A DNA stretch of 63,917 nt, counting the filler, from Octopus bimaculoides (Eukaryota): NCBI RefSeq assembly GCF_001194135.2. It is 7 parts of 6 records of this genome, joined end to end, with 100 filler letters (N's around TTAATTAATTAA, not from the genome) between each part and the next. Parts side by side here need not be neighbours in the genome. Positions count along the whole stretch, not along the records: positions 12,763 to 20,508 come from NC_068991.1; positions 20,609 to 25,592 come from NC_068991.1; positions 25,693 to 40,542 come from NC_068996.1; 4 more parts are not named here. One strand, given 5' to 3'. Below, one piece after another: positions 14,250 to 27,446 of the stretch. The first letter of the stretch is position 1. The number at the start of each line of letters is the position of its first letter. A model generated the notes under the pieces. That model had not been told where the DNA came from. It made no database searches and saw only the letters and a program-made list of their open reading frames with translations. A program made the translations under genes and the position numbers.

Positions 14250-14928
14250 TACATACATATTTATATATATACNNNNNNNNNNNNNNNNNNNNNNNNNNNN
14301 NNNNNNNNNNNNNNNNNNNNNNNNNNNNNNNNNNNNNNNNNNNNNNNNNNNNNNNNNNNNNNNNNNNNNNNNNNNNNNNNNNNNNNNNNNNNNNNNNNNN
14401 NNNNNNNNNNNNNNNNNNNNNNNNNNNNNNNNNNNNNNNNNNNNNNNNNNNNNNNNNNNNNNNNNNNNNNNNNNNNNNNNNNNNNNNNNNNNNNNNNNNN
14501 NNNNNNNNNNNNNNNNNNNNNNNNNNNNNNNNNNNNNNNNNNNNNNNNNNNNNNNNNNNNNNNNNNNNNNNNNNNNNNNNNNNNNNNNNNNNNNNNNNNN
14601 NNNNNNNNNNNNNNNNNNNNNNNNNNNNNNNNNNNNNNNNNNNNNNNNNNNNNNNNNNNNNNNNNNNNNNNNNNNNNNNNNNNNNNNNNNNNNNNNNNNN
14701 NNNNNNNNNNNNNNNNNNNNNNNNNNNNNNNNNNNNNNNNNNNNNNNNNNNNNNNNNNNNNNNNNNNNNNNNNNNNNNNNNNNNNNNNNNNNNNNNNNNN
14801 NNNNNNNNNNNNNNNNNNNNNNNNNNNNNNNNNNNNNNNNNNNNNNNNNNNNNNNNNNNNNNNNNNNNNNNNNNNNNNNNNNNNNNNNNNNNNNNNNNNN
14901 NNNNNNNNNNNNNNNNNNNNNNNNNNNN

Positions 14929-14967
<39 letters not shown>

Positions 14968-15001
14968 GATATGAACCCACCTACCCTGTGTCTTGTTTCT
15001 T

Positions 15002-15954
15002 TCAAACACACACTGGATTTGAACCACGACTAGAGGCATATGTTATATCTGTCCAGTTGCTCACACAGTCTGTGACACCTTCAGACAATGAAGGCAGGAG
15101 GCTGTATCTGTTTTTATATTGCTGGTCATTGCGATCATTTAGCATTGCTAGTTCAGAACTGACTTGTGACATTTCCGAAAAGGAGCGTATATCGTTGAAA
15201 TAATAGCATCGTTTGGACATGGAATCATCGAAATTCACATCGTGAAAGGTGTTTAGTGGTAATTTCGGAATATCAACAGTGCCGTCGAATTCTTCATTTA
15301 ATGCAGAACGGCAATCACATTTGTCGTTTAATACGCCACAACGTGGTACCAAGTAACTGTACTTTTGAGTAAACCACATTTTGTTTTTTTCAAATTCAGC
15401 AGCTTTTTGAGCTGCTTGCTGTAGTGCCATTGCTGAATTCGAACTATCAGAAGATCTCAATGTTAATGATTTGAGAACACTGTTAGGTGAAATATGATGG
15501 ATATAGTAAACCAACTTCTTCAGGTCTCTGGTCAGAACGAAATTTTGAACCGAAGGAAATTCAGTGAGAACATAACTCTCGGACATGTGTTCCAAGCGGC
15601 ACGAGATGTATTTTGAATGATATAACTGCAAGAGAGGACATTCTCTAATCATAGTAAGAATTGACATTAGGACATTTTCATTTCGGTTGTCTCGTAACTG
15701 TGGATATTCTAAACCATTAGCCCATGGTTCACTCTGGCGCTTAATGCATTCCGAATGTAACAGTAAGACAAAATCACAATCAGCAACTGTCTTGTGTAAC
15801 CATTGCTTTATCTCTTCCTCAGCAAATAATGGTGGATAAAGAACATGGCACTTGTAGTGTTGCAGGTATGCTGCCATGGCTTTACCGACGTCGAGATGAT
15901 GCTGATGGTCGTGAGAATATAGGAACAAAATTTTCTTGTCAGTTAAGTTTTCTC
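15002..15954 (-). CDS. Terminal coding exon of a SEFIR-domain protein, IL-17 receptor-like (SEFIR plus ~130-aa C-terminal tail)
   Basis: Stop-free minus ORF 15002-16018. Polypyrimidine tract and acceptor (tttatttttgtttcag|GA) place the exon start at 15954 (phase 1); TGA at 15002-15004. Translation KKILFLYSHDHQHHLDVGKAMAAYLQHYKCHVL...QWLHKTVADCDFVLLLHSEC...KYISCRLE...FVLTRDLKKLVYYIH follows the SEFIR pattern (box 1 V/ILxxYSxD..H...V..LAxxL; W....aD.Vl.l.S; ky.v.yf; y.L..dl..L...lh). Family recognised, orthologue not. Confidence 0.85.
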
Positions 15955-16481
15955 CTGAAACAAAAATAAATAAATAATGAATTAAAGGAGAAAGAACATA
16001 TAAACAAACAAAAAACAATTCCTACAAAAAATTAAAAAAATTTTTTTTTAAATCATTGAATTTCCTGAAATGTTTCATCAGAGACATAAATCTTTGTTTG
16101 TACACAGGCATGCATGCCTCTGTGTATACCTATATACACACACACATATATACATATATATACATACAAATATGTGAAGGTGCATAGTGGTTAAGGGGTG
16201 GTTCTCATGAGTGCAAGATCATGGGTTTGGTTCCCAGACTGGGTGGCAGAATGTGTTCTTGAGCAAAACACTTCATTTTCATGTTGCTTCAATAAATACA
16301 AATATAAATGAGTAATCCTGTCACAGACCAGTGTTCCATTTAGGGGAAAGAAATGTTGACCAACCTCCCTAGCCAGAGGGATAGCATCATTCTAAGGCAA
16401 AAACGAGGTGAAACGCATTGTGACCAGCGATGTATAACATGTGATAGTGTGGTCGACAGACTGATACATACACACACACAC

Positions 16482-16562
<81 letters not shown>

Positions 16563-16615
16563 TACATATATATCTGTACGTATATATACATGACATGTAT
16601 CTATCTATTTATATT

Positions 16616-16647
<32 letters not shown>

Positions 16648-16919
16648 GTGACACGTAAAAGCACCCACTACACTCTCTGAGTGGTTGGCGTTAGGAAGGG
16701 CATCCAGCTGTAGAAACTCTGCCAAATTAGATTGGAGCCTGGTGTTGCCATCCGGTTTCACCAGTCCTCAGTCAAATCGTCCAACCCATGCTAGCATGGA
16801 AAGCGGACGTTAAACGACGATGATGATGATGATGATATATATATACATACATATACATACATATATATTTGTAAGTATGTATACATAATAACATCTCTCT
16901 CTATCAATCTATCTATCTA

Positions 16920-16953
<34 letters not shown>

Positions 16954-18389
16954 TGACTTAATTGTTAGGGTTCACGATTGTAAGGTCATGAGTTCAATTC
17001 CTGGTGACGCATTGTGACCTTGAGCAAGACACTTTATTTCATGTTACTCCAGTCCACTCAGCTAGCAAAAATGAGTAGTACCTGTAATTCAAAGGGTCAG
17101 CTTTGTCACATTCTGTGTCACACCGAAGTTCCTAGAGAACTACATTAAGGGTACATGTGCCTGTGGAGTGCGCAGCCACTTGCATGTTAATTTCACAAGC
17201 AAGCTGTTCTGCTGATCGGATCAACTGGAACCCTCATCATCGTAATGGATGGAGTACCAGTTTTTTGACCAATGAGGCCACCGCATCCCTCACAAATGCT
17301 GACCACATCTGATGATTGACCGCAGCTGGTGCTGAAATGGATCAAATGACCCACTGTGAGAGCGAGAGCATTGGATAGCATGGACATTGTAGTCGTAGTC
17401 ATCATTTACTGTTGAGGTATAAAGTTCGTGTTTGGTGTTTCAGACGGAATGCACCATCACATGTTGTCCCCAGTCACTACCATCATCATCATCATCATCA
17501 TTTATTTTCCGCTTTCCATGCTGGCATGGGTTAGACAGTTTGACTGGAACTGGTGAGCCAGAGGGCTGCACCAGGTTTCAGTCTGATTTTTTGTTCTATA
17601 GCGCATTGTTATACCTTTTTAAACTTTTTATTCTTTACAAACAATACACAATGCTTCAAGTGAACTACAATACTCTCTTATATATACATATATACATACG
17701 TGTGTGTGTGTGTGTGTGTGTGCGTGTGTGTGTACGTCATAATCTCAATAAATTCATTTTCAAAATTACTTTGATCTCCAATACAAAGTGAAATAGATTC
17801 CATGTCGCATATTAAATGAAAAAAATTTAAACAAATAGAAAAAAAATGAATAAAAGAAAAATGAATTTACATGATGCAACACAAGAACAAAACAAAACAA
17901 TGTCTGTTCATGAAACAGTGAAAACAAAAAATTCTGAAACAGTCAATTAAAGTGACGTATAACACCATAATCAAATATCTTAGTCTCACCCATTTATTTA
18001 GCCTTATTTCGAAACTTAAGTTGGTCATATCATATTTTACTGTCACATTTACAATCAATAAATACTGTAATATCTACGAGACAATCAGAGATTCCCCACA
18101 GAGAGAACTATTACAATTTATGACAACATATGTGAAACTACCAAAACAACAACTACTATGTAAATGTTATGTCAATATGAACAGATGACTAAATGGCAAC
18201 TTGTGGAACCAAGATCTGTTATGGAGGACTTTCTGCTTTTATTTACATTTGCAGCATGTTGATATAACTGGCTTCATTCAGTGTTGTTTGATATATGCCA
18301 AATTGCTTCTTTCATTTTGTACTGGAAGTGAAGGACATTTTGAAGACAAAGGCACAGAGCAAAATATCTATATCTATCTATCTATCTAT

Positions 18390-18431
<42 letters not shown>

Positions 18432-18758
18432 GTTTAACGTCCGCTTTCCATGCTAGCATGGGTTGGACGATTTGACTGAGGACTGGTGAAACCGGATGGC
18501 AACACCAGGCTCCAGTCTAATTTGGCAGAGTTTCTACAGCTGGATGCCCTTCCTAACGCCAACCACTCAGAGAGTGTAGTGGGTGCTTTTACGTGTCACC
18601 CACACATATATATATATATATATACAAACGCGCATAACACACACACACACATATCTATATACATAATACAGATGTTGAAAAAATAATGGCAACATCACTT
18701 TATATGTAACTATTTTTTCCTACTGGCAATATGACAAATTCAAAACTGTTCTAGTCTG

Positions 18759-18798
<40 letters not shown>

Positions 18799-18838
18799 TG
18801 TGTGTGTTCCTATGCATTGCATTATGTATGTCTTATAC

Positions 18839-18883
18839 TTCCTGATATTGCCTCTGGTTTTATTTCTTGGCAGATATTTATAT
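18839..18883 (-). CDS. Candidate 45-nt exon upstream of the SEFIR exon (phase 1-1)
   Basis: Acceptor ttttaacttatttag and weak donor A|gtataa. Reading xINICQEIKPEAISG splices in frame to the phase-1 SEFIR exon, and both lie in the same assembly segment. Speculative. Confidence 0.2.
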
Positions 18884-20608
18884 CTAAATAAGTTAAAATT
18901 CAAGACCTGTCTGATTTCCAAAGAAGACAAAGGGTTGGAATGCAGATGGCTGGAGATTCACTAATTAAAACTTCCGAAATGCTTGATGTTGAACTCTCAA
19001 GCATTCAGATTACTCTGACAAATGTAAAGCTTGTTCATCATCATCATCATCATCATTTAACATCCACTTTCCATGCTAGCATGGGTTGGACGATTTGACT
19101 AAGGACTGGTGAAACCGGATGGCTACACCAGCCTCCAATCTGATTTGGCAGAGTTTCTACAGCTGGATGCCCTTCCTAACGCCAACCACTCAGAGAGTGT
19201 AGTGGGTGCTTTTACGTGTCACCCGCACGAAGGCCAGTCAGGCGGTACTGGCAACGGCCACGCTCAAAATGGTGTATTTTATGTGCCACCCGCACAAGAG
19301 CCAGTCCAGGAGCACTGGCAACGATCTCGCTCAAAAGTCTTTACACATGCCGCAGGCACAAGTGCCAGAAAAGCGACGCTGGGCACAGGTACCATCACGA
19401 TTTCATTCATATTATTTTCAATTAATCATATACTTTCTCATAGATTTGAGATTTTGATGATGTTATTGTCTGTATTTAAATTGACATTGTAGGGTAGGTG
19501 TCAGAAGCTGGATCTGGCCAGTCTGAACATAAAACAGGGAGAATATTTGGGCCACATACGGCAGATTTAAATACTAAAGGGTTAAATGCTACAGTCTCAA
19601 AAATGATGCAAGCATTCCAAAATCAAGGAACCAGCTCAGGTAAGCATAATTTTTGATGGAGGGTAAAGCTCTGAGAGAGGAATCATAGAATAGTGAAGTG
19701 TACTGTGTCTAGAAACCATGAAACTATAGAAGCAGAAATGACAGCAGAGCAAAACTGCCGCTTCGCCAATCTTGTGTCAGTTTAAACCATTCACTGTGAG
19801 TTTCATAATGCTAGAGACCATAGGAGGGCTACAATTTCTAAACTTGTCTTCTTCCACATTGATAAATGGAAAAAATGGTGTCTAGACAATCAGAAGTGGT
19901 CAAGGCTCAATAAAACAATGGTATCTTCTTTGATGCCTCACCATTCACCTTTTCTCCCACTTCAGAATGAGTTTAAAACTAGAAAAAGCCCAAAGAAATC
20001 TTCAACCCTGAATGGTTGAACCCCATATCACATGAAGCTCTAAGGTGGCTTTTTGAAGATTTTGGACAGCTACATCACAGAATTCTCTTGACCCTTTAGC
20101 TGTTCTATATGGCAGTCATTAAAGGATGATGATGATGATGATGATATATATATGTATGTCTATTGATCGAAATTATATTCAGCTTGCCATGTCATATGTG
20201 GTAAACTACATTTAATGTAGTCTACCATGCAGAAGGCACTTTTGATATTTGTGTGTGCATGAATGATGAAACTCTGATTGAGCAGACTAATGATTAAAGC
20301 ATTTCAAACCATTACCATCCTGTCCTTTTGTGTGTCACTGCCCATTTCAGCCTTCGTTACTTAAAACTATGAGATGCAATGTAAAAGAAATCCGCCAACT
20401 TTTTCTAGCAGGTCAAGTGACCACATATAAATCCTTTGTTAACTTACATATTTATACTTTGTCTGAGTTAGCTCCTATATGTGCAATTGATTTTTTAAAG
20501 TGCAATGTNNNNNNNNNNNNNNNNNNNNNNNNNNNNNNNNNNNNNNNNNNNNTTAATTAATTAANNNNNNNNNNNNNNNNNNNNNNNNNNNNNNNNNNNN
20601 NNNNNNNN

Positions 20609-20685
<77 letters not shown>

Positions 20686-21228
20686 CTTTAGACTATATTT
20701 CCGTTTTTAAGTTGTGTTTTTGTGTTTGTGTGCTTGTGTGTGCATGGGTGTGTGCGTGCGTGTGTATTATTCTTTTATTCTTTAATTTGTTTCAGCGATT
20801 TGACAGCTGCCATGCTGGAGCACCGCCTTTTAGTCGAACAAATCGACCCCAAGACTTATTCTTTGTAAGCTTGGTACTTATTCTATCGGTCACTTTTGCC
20901 GAACTGTTAAGTTACGGGGACATAAACACACCAACATCAGTTGTCAAGCGACGGTAGGAAGACAAACATAGAATAATGACACACACACATAAATTTATGC
21001 CTATATTTATATATATACGATAGGCTTCTTTCAGTTTCTGTCTACCAACTTCACTCACAAGGCCTTTGTCGGCCCGAAGCTATAGTAGAAGACACCCAAC
21101 GTACCACACACCGAGACTGAACCCAGAACTATGTGATTGGGAAGCAAGCTTCTTACCACACTACCATTCCTGATAGAAAGATAGATAGATGGGTAGATAG
21201 ATAGATAGATCTGTTATCTTTCCTCATT

Positions 21229-21266
21229 CCTTTTTGTCGAAGAGCGTAAGCTCGAAACGTCAAAGG
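21229..21266 (+). ncRNA. Variant-core hammerhead-like motif
   Basis: CCUUU UUGUCGA A GAGC-GUAA-GCUC GAAA CG UC AAAGG: stems I, II and palindromic ACGU intact, but the core reads UUGUCGA instead of CUGANGA. Confidence 0.5.
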
Positions 21267-23020
21267 CTTTAAAATTTTTCATGAGTGTCAAACTTGTACA
21301 CCTTGTTTGTTGTTCCCTCACCTGTCACTATATATATATGTATGTATGTATGTATGCATGTATGTATGTATGTATGCATGTATGTACGTACGTATGTATG
21401 TATGATGTAATGTATGTATGCAAGCATGTATATACGTATATATTTATATGCGTGTTGGTATGATTGTGAGCGTGCGTGCGTATGCGTGTGTGTATGTTTG
21501 TGTGTGTGTCTGTGTGTCTGTATATCTGTATGTCTGTCTGTCTGTGTATGTAACCTTCTGATGAGTCTTGCTGAGTTTATATTATTTCCGTTTTTAAGTT
21601 TCTCATATTTCTTCTGTTTGTGGTTCTTCAGAACAGTCGATGAAAGTGGTTCTGTTTGTCTGTGATGTTTTTTTTTTTATTTCTATTTAATTTTTTTTTT
21701 ATTTTACCTTAGATCAATCACGTTCGATTAGACACGTGATCAAAGGAATTCGAACCATGGCCATCCTATCAGTTTAGGTGCCATTATATTATTATCCAAT
21801 GTATCCTTCCTTCCATGGACGGTATATCGGAATTTGAGGAAGATTTCGCTGTCATATTTAATAAGTCGAACGTCTACGAAAATATTTCATTGAACACGGT
21901 GCTGTTGATTGTATTGCGTCAGATGGTTGTGGTTGCCGTTGTTGTGGTGGTAGTATGGTGATGGTGGTATGGATGTAGTGGTTGTGCAGGTAGTGGTGGT
22001 AGTGGTGGTCGTTGTTGTGGTCTTTGTGGTTGTTGCGGTGTGGAGGTATTGGTTTTCGTTTTTGTGGTAGTGGTGGTGAATGTGGTAGTGGTGNNNNNNN
22101 NNNNNNNNNNNNNNNNNNNNNNNNNNNNNNNNNNNNNNNNNNNNNNNNNNNNNNNNNNNNNNNNNNNNNNNNNNNNNNNNNNNNNNNNNNNNNNNNNNNN
22201 NNNNNNNNNNNNNNNNNNNNNNNNNNNNNNNNNNNNNNNNNNNNNNNNNNNNNNNNNNNNNNNNNNNNNNNNNNNNNNNNNNNNNNNNNNNNNNNNNNNN
22301 NNNNNNNNNNNNNNNNNNNNNNNNNNNNNNNNNNNNNNNNNNNNNNNNNNNNNNNNNNNNNNNNNNNNNNNNNNNNNNNNNNNNNNNNNNNNNNNNNNNN
22401 NNNNNNNNNNNNNNNNNNNNNNNNNNNNNNNNNNNNNNNNNNNNNNNNNNNNNNNNNNNNNNNNNNNNNNNNNNNNNNNNNNNNNNNNNNNNNNNNNNNN
22501 NNNNNNNNNNNNNNNNNNNNNNNNNNNNNNNNNNNNNNNNNNNNNNNNNNNNNNNNNNNNNNNNNNNNNNNNNNNNNNNNNNNNNNNNNNNNNNNNNNNN
22601 NNNNNNNNNNNNNNNNNNNNNNNNNNNNNNNNNNNNNNNNNNNNNNNNNNNNNNNNNNNNNNNNNNNNNNNNNNNNNNNNNNNNNNNNNNNNNNNNNNNN
22701 NNNNNNNNNNNNNNNNNNNNNNNNNNNNNNNNNNNNNNNNNNNNNNNNNNNNNNNAAGGTGCTGGAAGACATTTTTAGTCAAGGAATGGCTGGCTTTTTA
22801 TTGTGCTAGAAGAGGTGGGAGGGGTGAAGTGATGGTTGGTTTCAAAAGACTCCATTAACAAGAAACACATCAAAGAGGAGACTTCACTTGGTGTAATATC
22901 TGTATCCATTAGTAGACACACACGCACACACACGCACACACAGACACACACGCACACACACAGACTTCGCACACGCGCACACAAACATGAACATACACAC
23001 AGAAACGCACACAAAAACAT

Positions 23021-23066
<46 letters not shown>

Positions 23067-23161
23067 GCATATAAAATTAAACACGTTCATAGCCACATAC
23101 ACCTGCTTACATACACGCACATTCACACATACACGCATACATATACATATTCACACACAGG

Positions 23162-23193
<32 letters not shown>

Positions 23194-23379
23194 AGCGTAT
23201 ATATATATATATATACATGTCTATACACACACACATATATATATATGTGTGTGTGTGTGTGTATGTATATATATATATGTGTGTGTGTGTATGTATGTAT
23301 ATATATGTATATATATATATATGCACTCGTGAAGCAAAAATAGTGCTAAAGAGAGAGGAAGATGCTGGGAGTGGTGAGG

Positions 23380-25560
23380 AGGTTACGAGGAGAGAAAATG
23401 GAAGATAAAGGGCGGAGTCGATGATAAAAATAGTGGGAATGAGCAAGAAGGAGGATGTAGAAGAAATGCGATGCGAAGAAAGTGTGGGGCGTTAGTGTAA
23501 CGGAGAGGAAGAGAGAGAGGGGGGAGGAATGGAGGAATGGAGGGAGGGGATATGGTGAAAGAAAAGGTGGGTAGCAGGAGGGAGATGGTGAGAGAGGTTG
23601 TAAAAGAGGGTTGCAAGAATGAGGGAAGGGTAGAAAAGACAGTGCGTGTGTGGGTGTGTATGTGTGTGTGTCTGTATGTGTGAGAGAGAGAGAGAGATGG
23701 AGAGAGGTGAGAAAGTGATGAAAGAGAGAATGAGCGAAACGGTAGGCTTGAATAAAGAGAAAGGTGAACGGAAGAATTTAGAGATTGAGGCTGAGAGAAA
23801 GGGAAGATGTAGTGCCAAGGAGAATGAGCGAGAGAGAGAGAGAGGAAGAGAGAGAGAGAGGAAGAAAGAGAGAGGAAGAGAGAGAGAGGAAGAGAGAAAG
23901 AGAGAGGAAGAGAGAGAGAGGAAGAGAGAGAGAGAGAGGAAGAGAGAAAGAGAGAAGAAGAGAGAAAGAGAGAGGAAGAGAGAGAGANNNNNNNNNNNNN
24001 NNNNNNNNNNNNNNNNNNNNNNNNNNNNNNNNNNNNNNNNNNNNNNNNNNNNNNNNNNNNNNNNNNNNNNNNNNNNNNNNNNNNNNNNNNNNNNNNNNNN
24101 NNNNNNNNNNNNNNNNNNNNNNNNNNNNAGAGAGAGAGGAAGAGAGAGAGAGGAAGAGAGAGAGAGGAAGAGAGAGAGAGGAAGAGAGAGAGAAGAAGAG
24201 AGAGAGAGGAAGAGAGAGAGAGGAAGAGAGAGAGAAAGAGAGAGAGAGGAAGAGAGAGAGAGAGAGAGGAAGAGAGAGAGAGAGGAAGAGAGAAAGAGAG
24301 AGGAAGAGAGAGAGGAAGAGAGAGAGAGAGGAAGAGAGAAAGAGAGAAGAAGAGAGAAAGAGAGAGGAAGAGAGAGAGAGGAAGAGAGAGAGGGGAAGAG
24401 AGAGATGAAGAGAGAGGAAGAGAGAGATAGAGGAAGAGAGAGAAAGAGGAAGAGAGAGAGAGAGGAAGAGAGAGAGGAAGAGGAAGAGAGAGAGAGGAAG
24501 AGAAAGAGAGGAAGAGAGACAGAGAGGAAGAGAGACAGAGAGGAAGAGAGACAGAGAGGAAGAGAGAGATAGAGGAAGAGAGAGAGAGAGAGGAAGAGAG
24601 AGAGAGGAAGAGAGAGATAGAGGAAGAGAGAGGAAGAGAGAGAGAGAGGAAGAGAGAGAGAGAGGAAGAGAGAGAGAGAGGAAGAGAGAGAGAGAGGAAG
24701 AGAGAGAGAGAGGAAGAGAGAGAGAGAGGAAGAGAGAGAGAGAGGAAGAGAGAGAGAGAGGAAGAGAGAGAGAGAGAGACAGTAACATACAGACAGTAAC
24801 ATACAGACAGTGTGTGCGTGTGTGTGTGAGAGAGAGAGTGTGCTTTTGTGTGTGTGTGTGTTTGTGGAAAATGAAAGAGAGAAAAATATGCGAGAGAGAC
24901 AGACCGATGGGGAGATGTGAAAAGATGAGAATAGACGAATGGAGAGAGAGTGAGAGAGAGAATGAGAGAGAGAGAGAGAGAGAGAGAATGAGGGAGGGAG
25001 AAGGAGAGACAGAGAAAGTGAGGGAAAGAGAGGGAGGAAGGGGAATGTAGATAGACAGATCGACTGAAATGGAGTAAGGTGGAGAGACAAAAACAAATGT
25101 TACTAAGGAAAAGATTAAAGGAGGAGGAGGAGGTGATAGAGAGGGAGGAGGAGAAGGAGGGGGAGGAGACGAATAAGAAGAAAGTGGGGGGGGATTCAGG
25201 TAGTGAGAAGAAGCACAATAAGGTAGGAGAAGAAAGAAAGAGAGAGATACAAAGTGAGACATTGAGAGGAGGAGCGAAGAGGAAGGGGGAGAAATTGAAG
25301 TGTGAGAGGGAAAAAAAAGGTAAGATAGAGAGGAAAGAAAGAATAGTAGGAGGAGGAGAGAGAGAGGGGGAGAAAGAGAGAGAGGGAGTTGGTGAGTGAG
25401 AGGGGTTGGTTGAGTGGCAAGACATTTTAGTGGAGGGGAAGAGGTAAAAGAGAAAGTAGGAGGAGAATTAGAGAGAAAAGAGTAAAGAGTGAGCTTAGAG
25501 AAGGGGGAAAGATTAGGAAGAGTATAAGAGGTGCGAAGCATAAGAGCGACAAAAGAATAT
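23380..25560 (+). repeat. ~2.2-kb polypurine tract with ~1 kb of (GA)n/GAGGAAGAGA compound repeat
   Basis: Nearly pure A/G from 23820 to 24780; the long S/L-rich and E/R-rich ORFs here are repeat artefacts. Confidence 0.95.
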
Positions 25561-26379
25561 ATATATATAGGGGTATATATATATATATATATNNNNNNNN
25601 NNNNNNNNNNNNNNNNNNNNNNNNNNNNNNNNNNNNTTAATTAATTAANNNNNNNNNNNNNNNNNNNNNNNNNNNNNNNNNNNNNNNNNNNNCATATATA
25701 TATATGTATTATATATATATATATTTATTTATTTGGATTTTGTAATGGGAGGGGGGGGCACATTTTTGCAGTTTACCCTAGGTACGCCACTGCCCAGTAC
25801 ATGTTGTAAAGAGTTTGATGTTAGGAAGGGCATCCAGCCATAGAAACCACATCAAAATAGATATTGATGCATAAAACAGTCATCCAACTTATCAGATCAA
25901 ACTATTCAACTTATGCCAGCATGAAATGATAATGATGATGTAGTACGTTCTGTCAATGTTATACTGCAATTATTTCAAAAATATAAATAAATACACAGAT
26001 GTATATACACACACTTGTAAGTACATCCTCTGCTATACAAACACGTGTGTGTGTGTGTGTTCAAATTAGACAGTGTGAGAAAAAAAACTGACTTGAAATC
26101 CAACATAGTTAAACACCAAAAATTATCCATAAATTTCATTTGCAACTTCAATTGAAATGAGGTCAAAGTTGAAGAAAAAATTTCTTGAGACAAAAAAGTA
26201 CCTGTCACTAGCATATGTTTCGAACCCTCTCAACTTCAACAACAACTATGCTGACCAACTTTTAACCCCTAAACATGATGCAACAGTAATGATGCAATAC
26301 TTGCAATGTAATGATTTCAAACATTTTATCCAGGTTACTAATTTCCCAACCTCACCCCTACAAATTCTTTTAAGAGTGT

Positions 26380-26790
26380 GGTACTTAAAGCTTTCATTCA
26401 GCCAATGTCTTGCGAGAGATATTTGGTACACGAAAACCAAGTGCTTGTACGCGTGTGAGCGCACGCTGTTAATTGCTTCATTCTCTTTCGGTTATCTCCC
26501 TTTAAACCCATTTGGCTTTGCCCAATACTGGTCTTTTCTTCCTACCCCGGAAGGAAAACAAAATTTTGAAGTAAATATGATCGACTAAAACTCTTGAAGG
26601 CGATACAACCAAAAATCCCGCAATCCAATGAACAAACTAATAAAAAAAAAATTAGAAGAAACTGTTAGTTATCAGTTAATAAAACGAAAACTGAAAAAAA
26701 AAAAGAAGAGGGTAGAGGGAGGGAACTGATGAGCTGGCAAGGGACGCAACTTAGTATGATTGCAGAGTTATCTTCCTTAAAACAAACGAG
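26380..26790. promoter_or_regulatory. Possible promoter/enhancer (local CpG-retaining unique sequence)
   Basis: Non-repetitive stretch with clustered CpGs (gtacgcgtgtgagcgcacgc, cccgcaatccaatg) and GATA/CCAAT-like words in an otherwise CpG-poor segment. No TSS evidence. Confidence 0.25.
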
Positions 26791-27446
26791 ATAAACAGAC
26801 AGAGTATTTTAGTTTTTTACGTTGTTGATAAATATTGAACTTATCAATAAATTTCATCATAATTAATGAAGCTGCTATGTTATAAAATTGCTAATTATAT
26901 TGAAATTATCTGTAAAACTGAAGATGAATTTTCTATAGGTTTATCTCAGAATATTGCATTAAACGTATCAGTAAGATATATCAAAGTACGTATGCATACA
27001 TGATATATACAAATAATGTATATAAAATAATATTGCGTAAATTGTCATCATTCAAAATGAGCTACTTCCGCGGAATTCTTGGTGTTCTGAGTTCAAATTC
27101 CATTGAGGTTAACTATGCTTTCATCCTTTTGCGGTTCGATAAAGTGATAATAAAACATTGAGGTTAATGTAGTTGATTAGCATCCTCCCACAAAATTTCC
27201 GGCCTTGTACCTATAATAGAAAGGATCGTCTGGAATAATTATTACATTCAACCAATTAGTTTCACAACAACTTAATGTATTAGATTTGGAAGAGAATGAG
27301 ACTCATAGAAACAGCTAGATGAAGCAAAATGTAGTGATTTAGTCACACCGTAAGTGGTACAGAGTCACTTCCATATAGAAACGTGTTTAGAAAGTACAAT
27401 GCAAGCATGACTTGTAAACATATTCTGTACTTTTGTAAATTGTTTT

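Noticed and set aside
17872-17932. Hydrophobic minus-strand segment considered as the IL17R transmembrane exon
   Set aside because: The phase-1 frame has a stop and the open frames do not splice in frame to the SEFIR exon; probably intronic T-rich sequence.
19690-20090. Possible LINE endonuclease remnant
   Set aside because: Only faint resemblance by eye, with multiple stops; not supportable without a search.
23383-25541. 680-, 587- and 534-aa S/L-rich ORFs and E/R-rich opposite-strand ORFs
   Set aside because: Translations of the (GA)n/(TC)n tract, which lacks stop codons by composition.
26157-26588. 143-aa plus-strand ORF
   Set aside because: No domain, AT-rich codon usage and a TTG/ATG start without context; more likely non-coding or regulatory.
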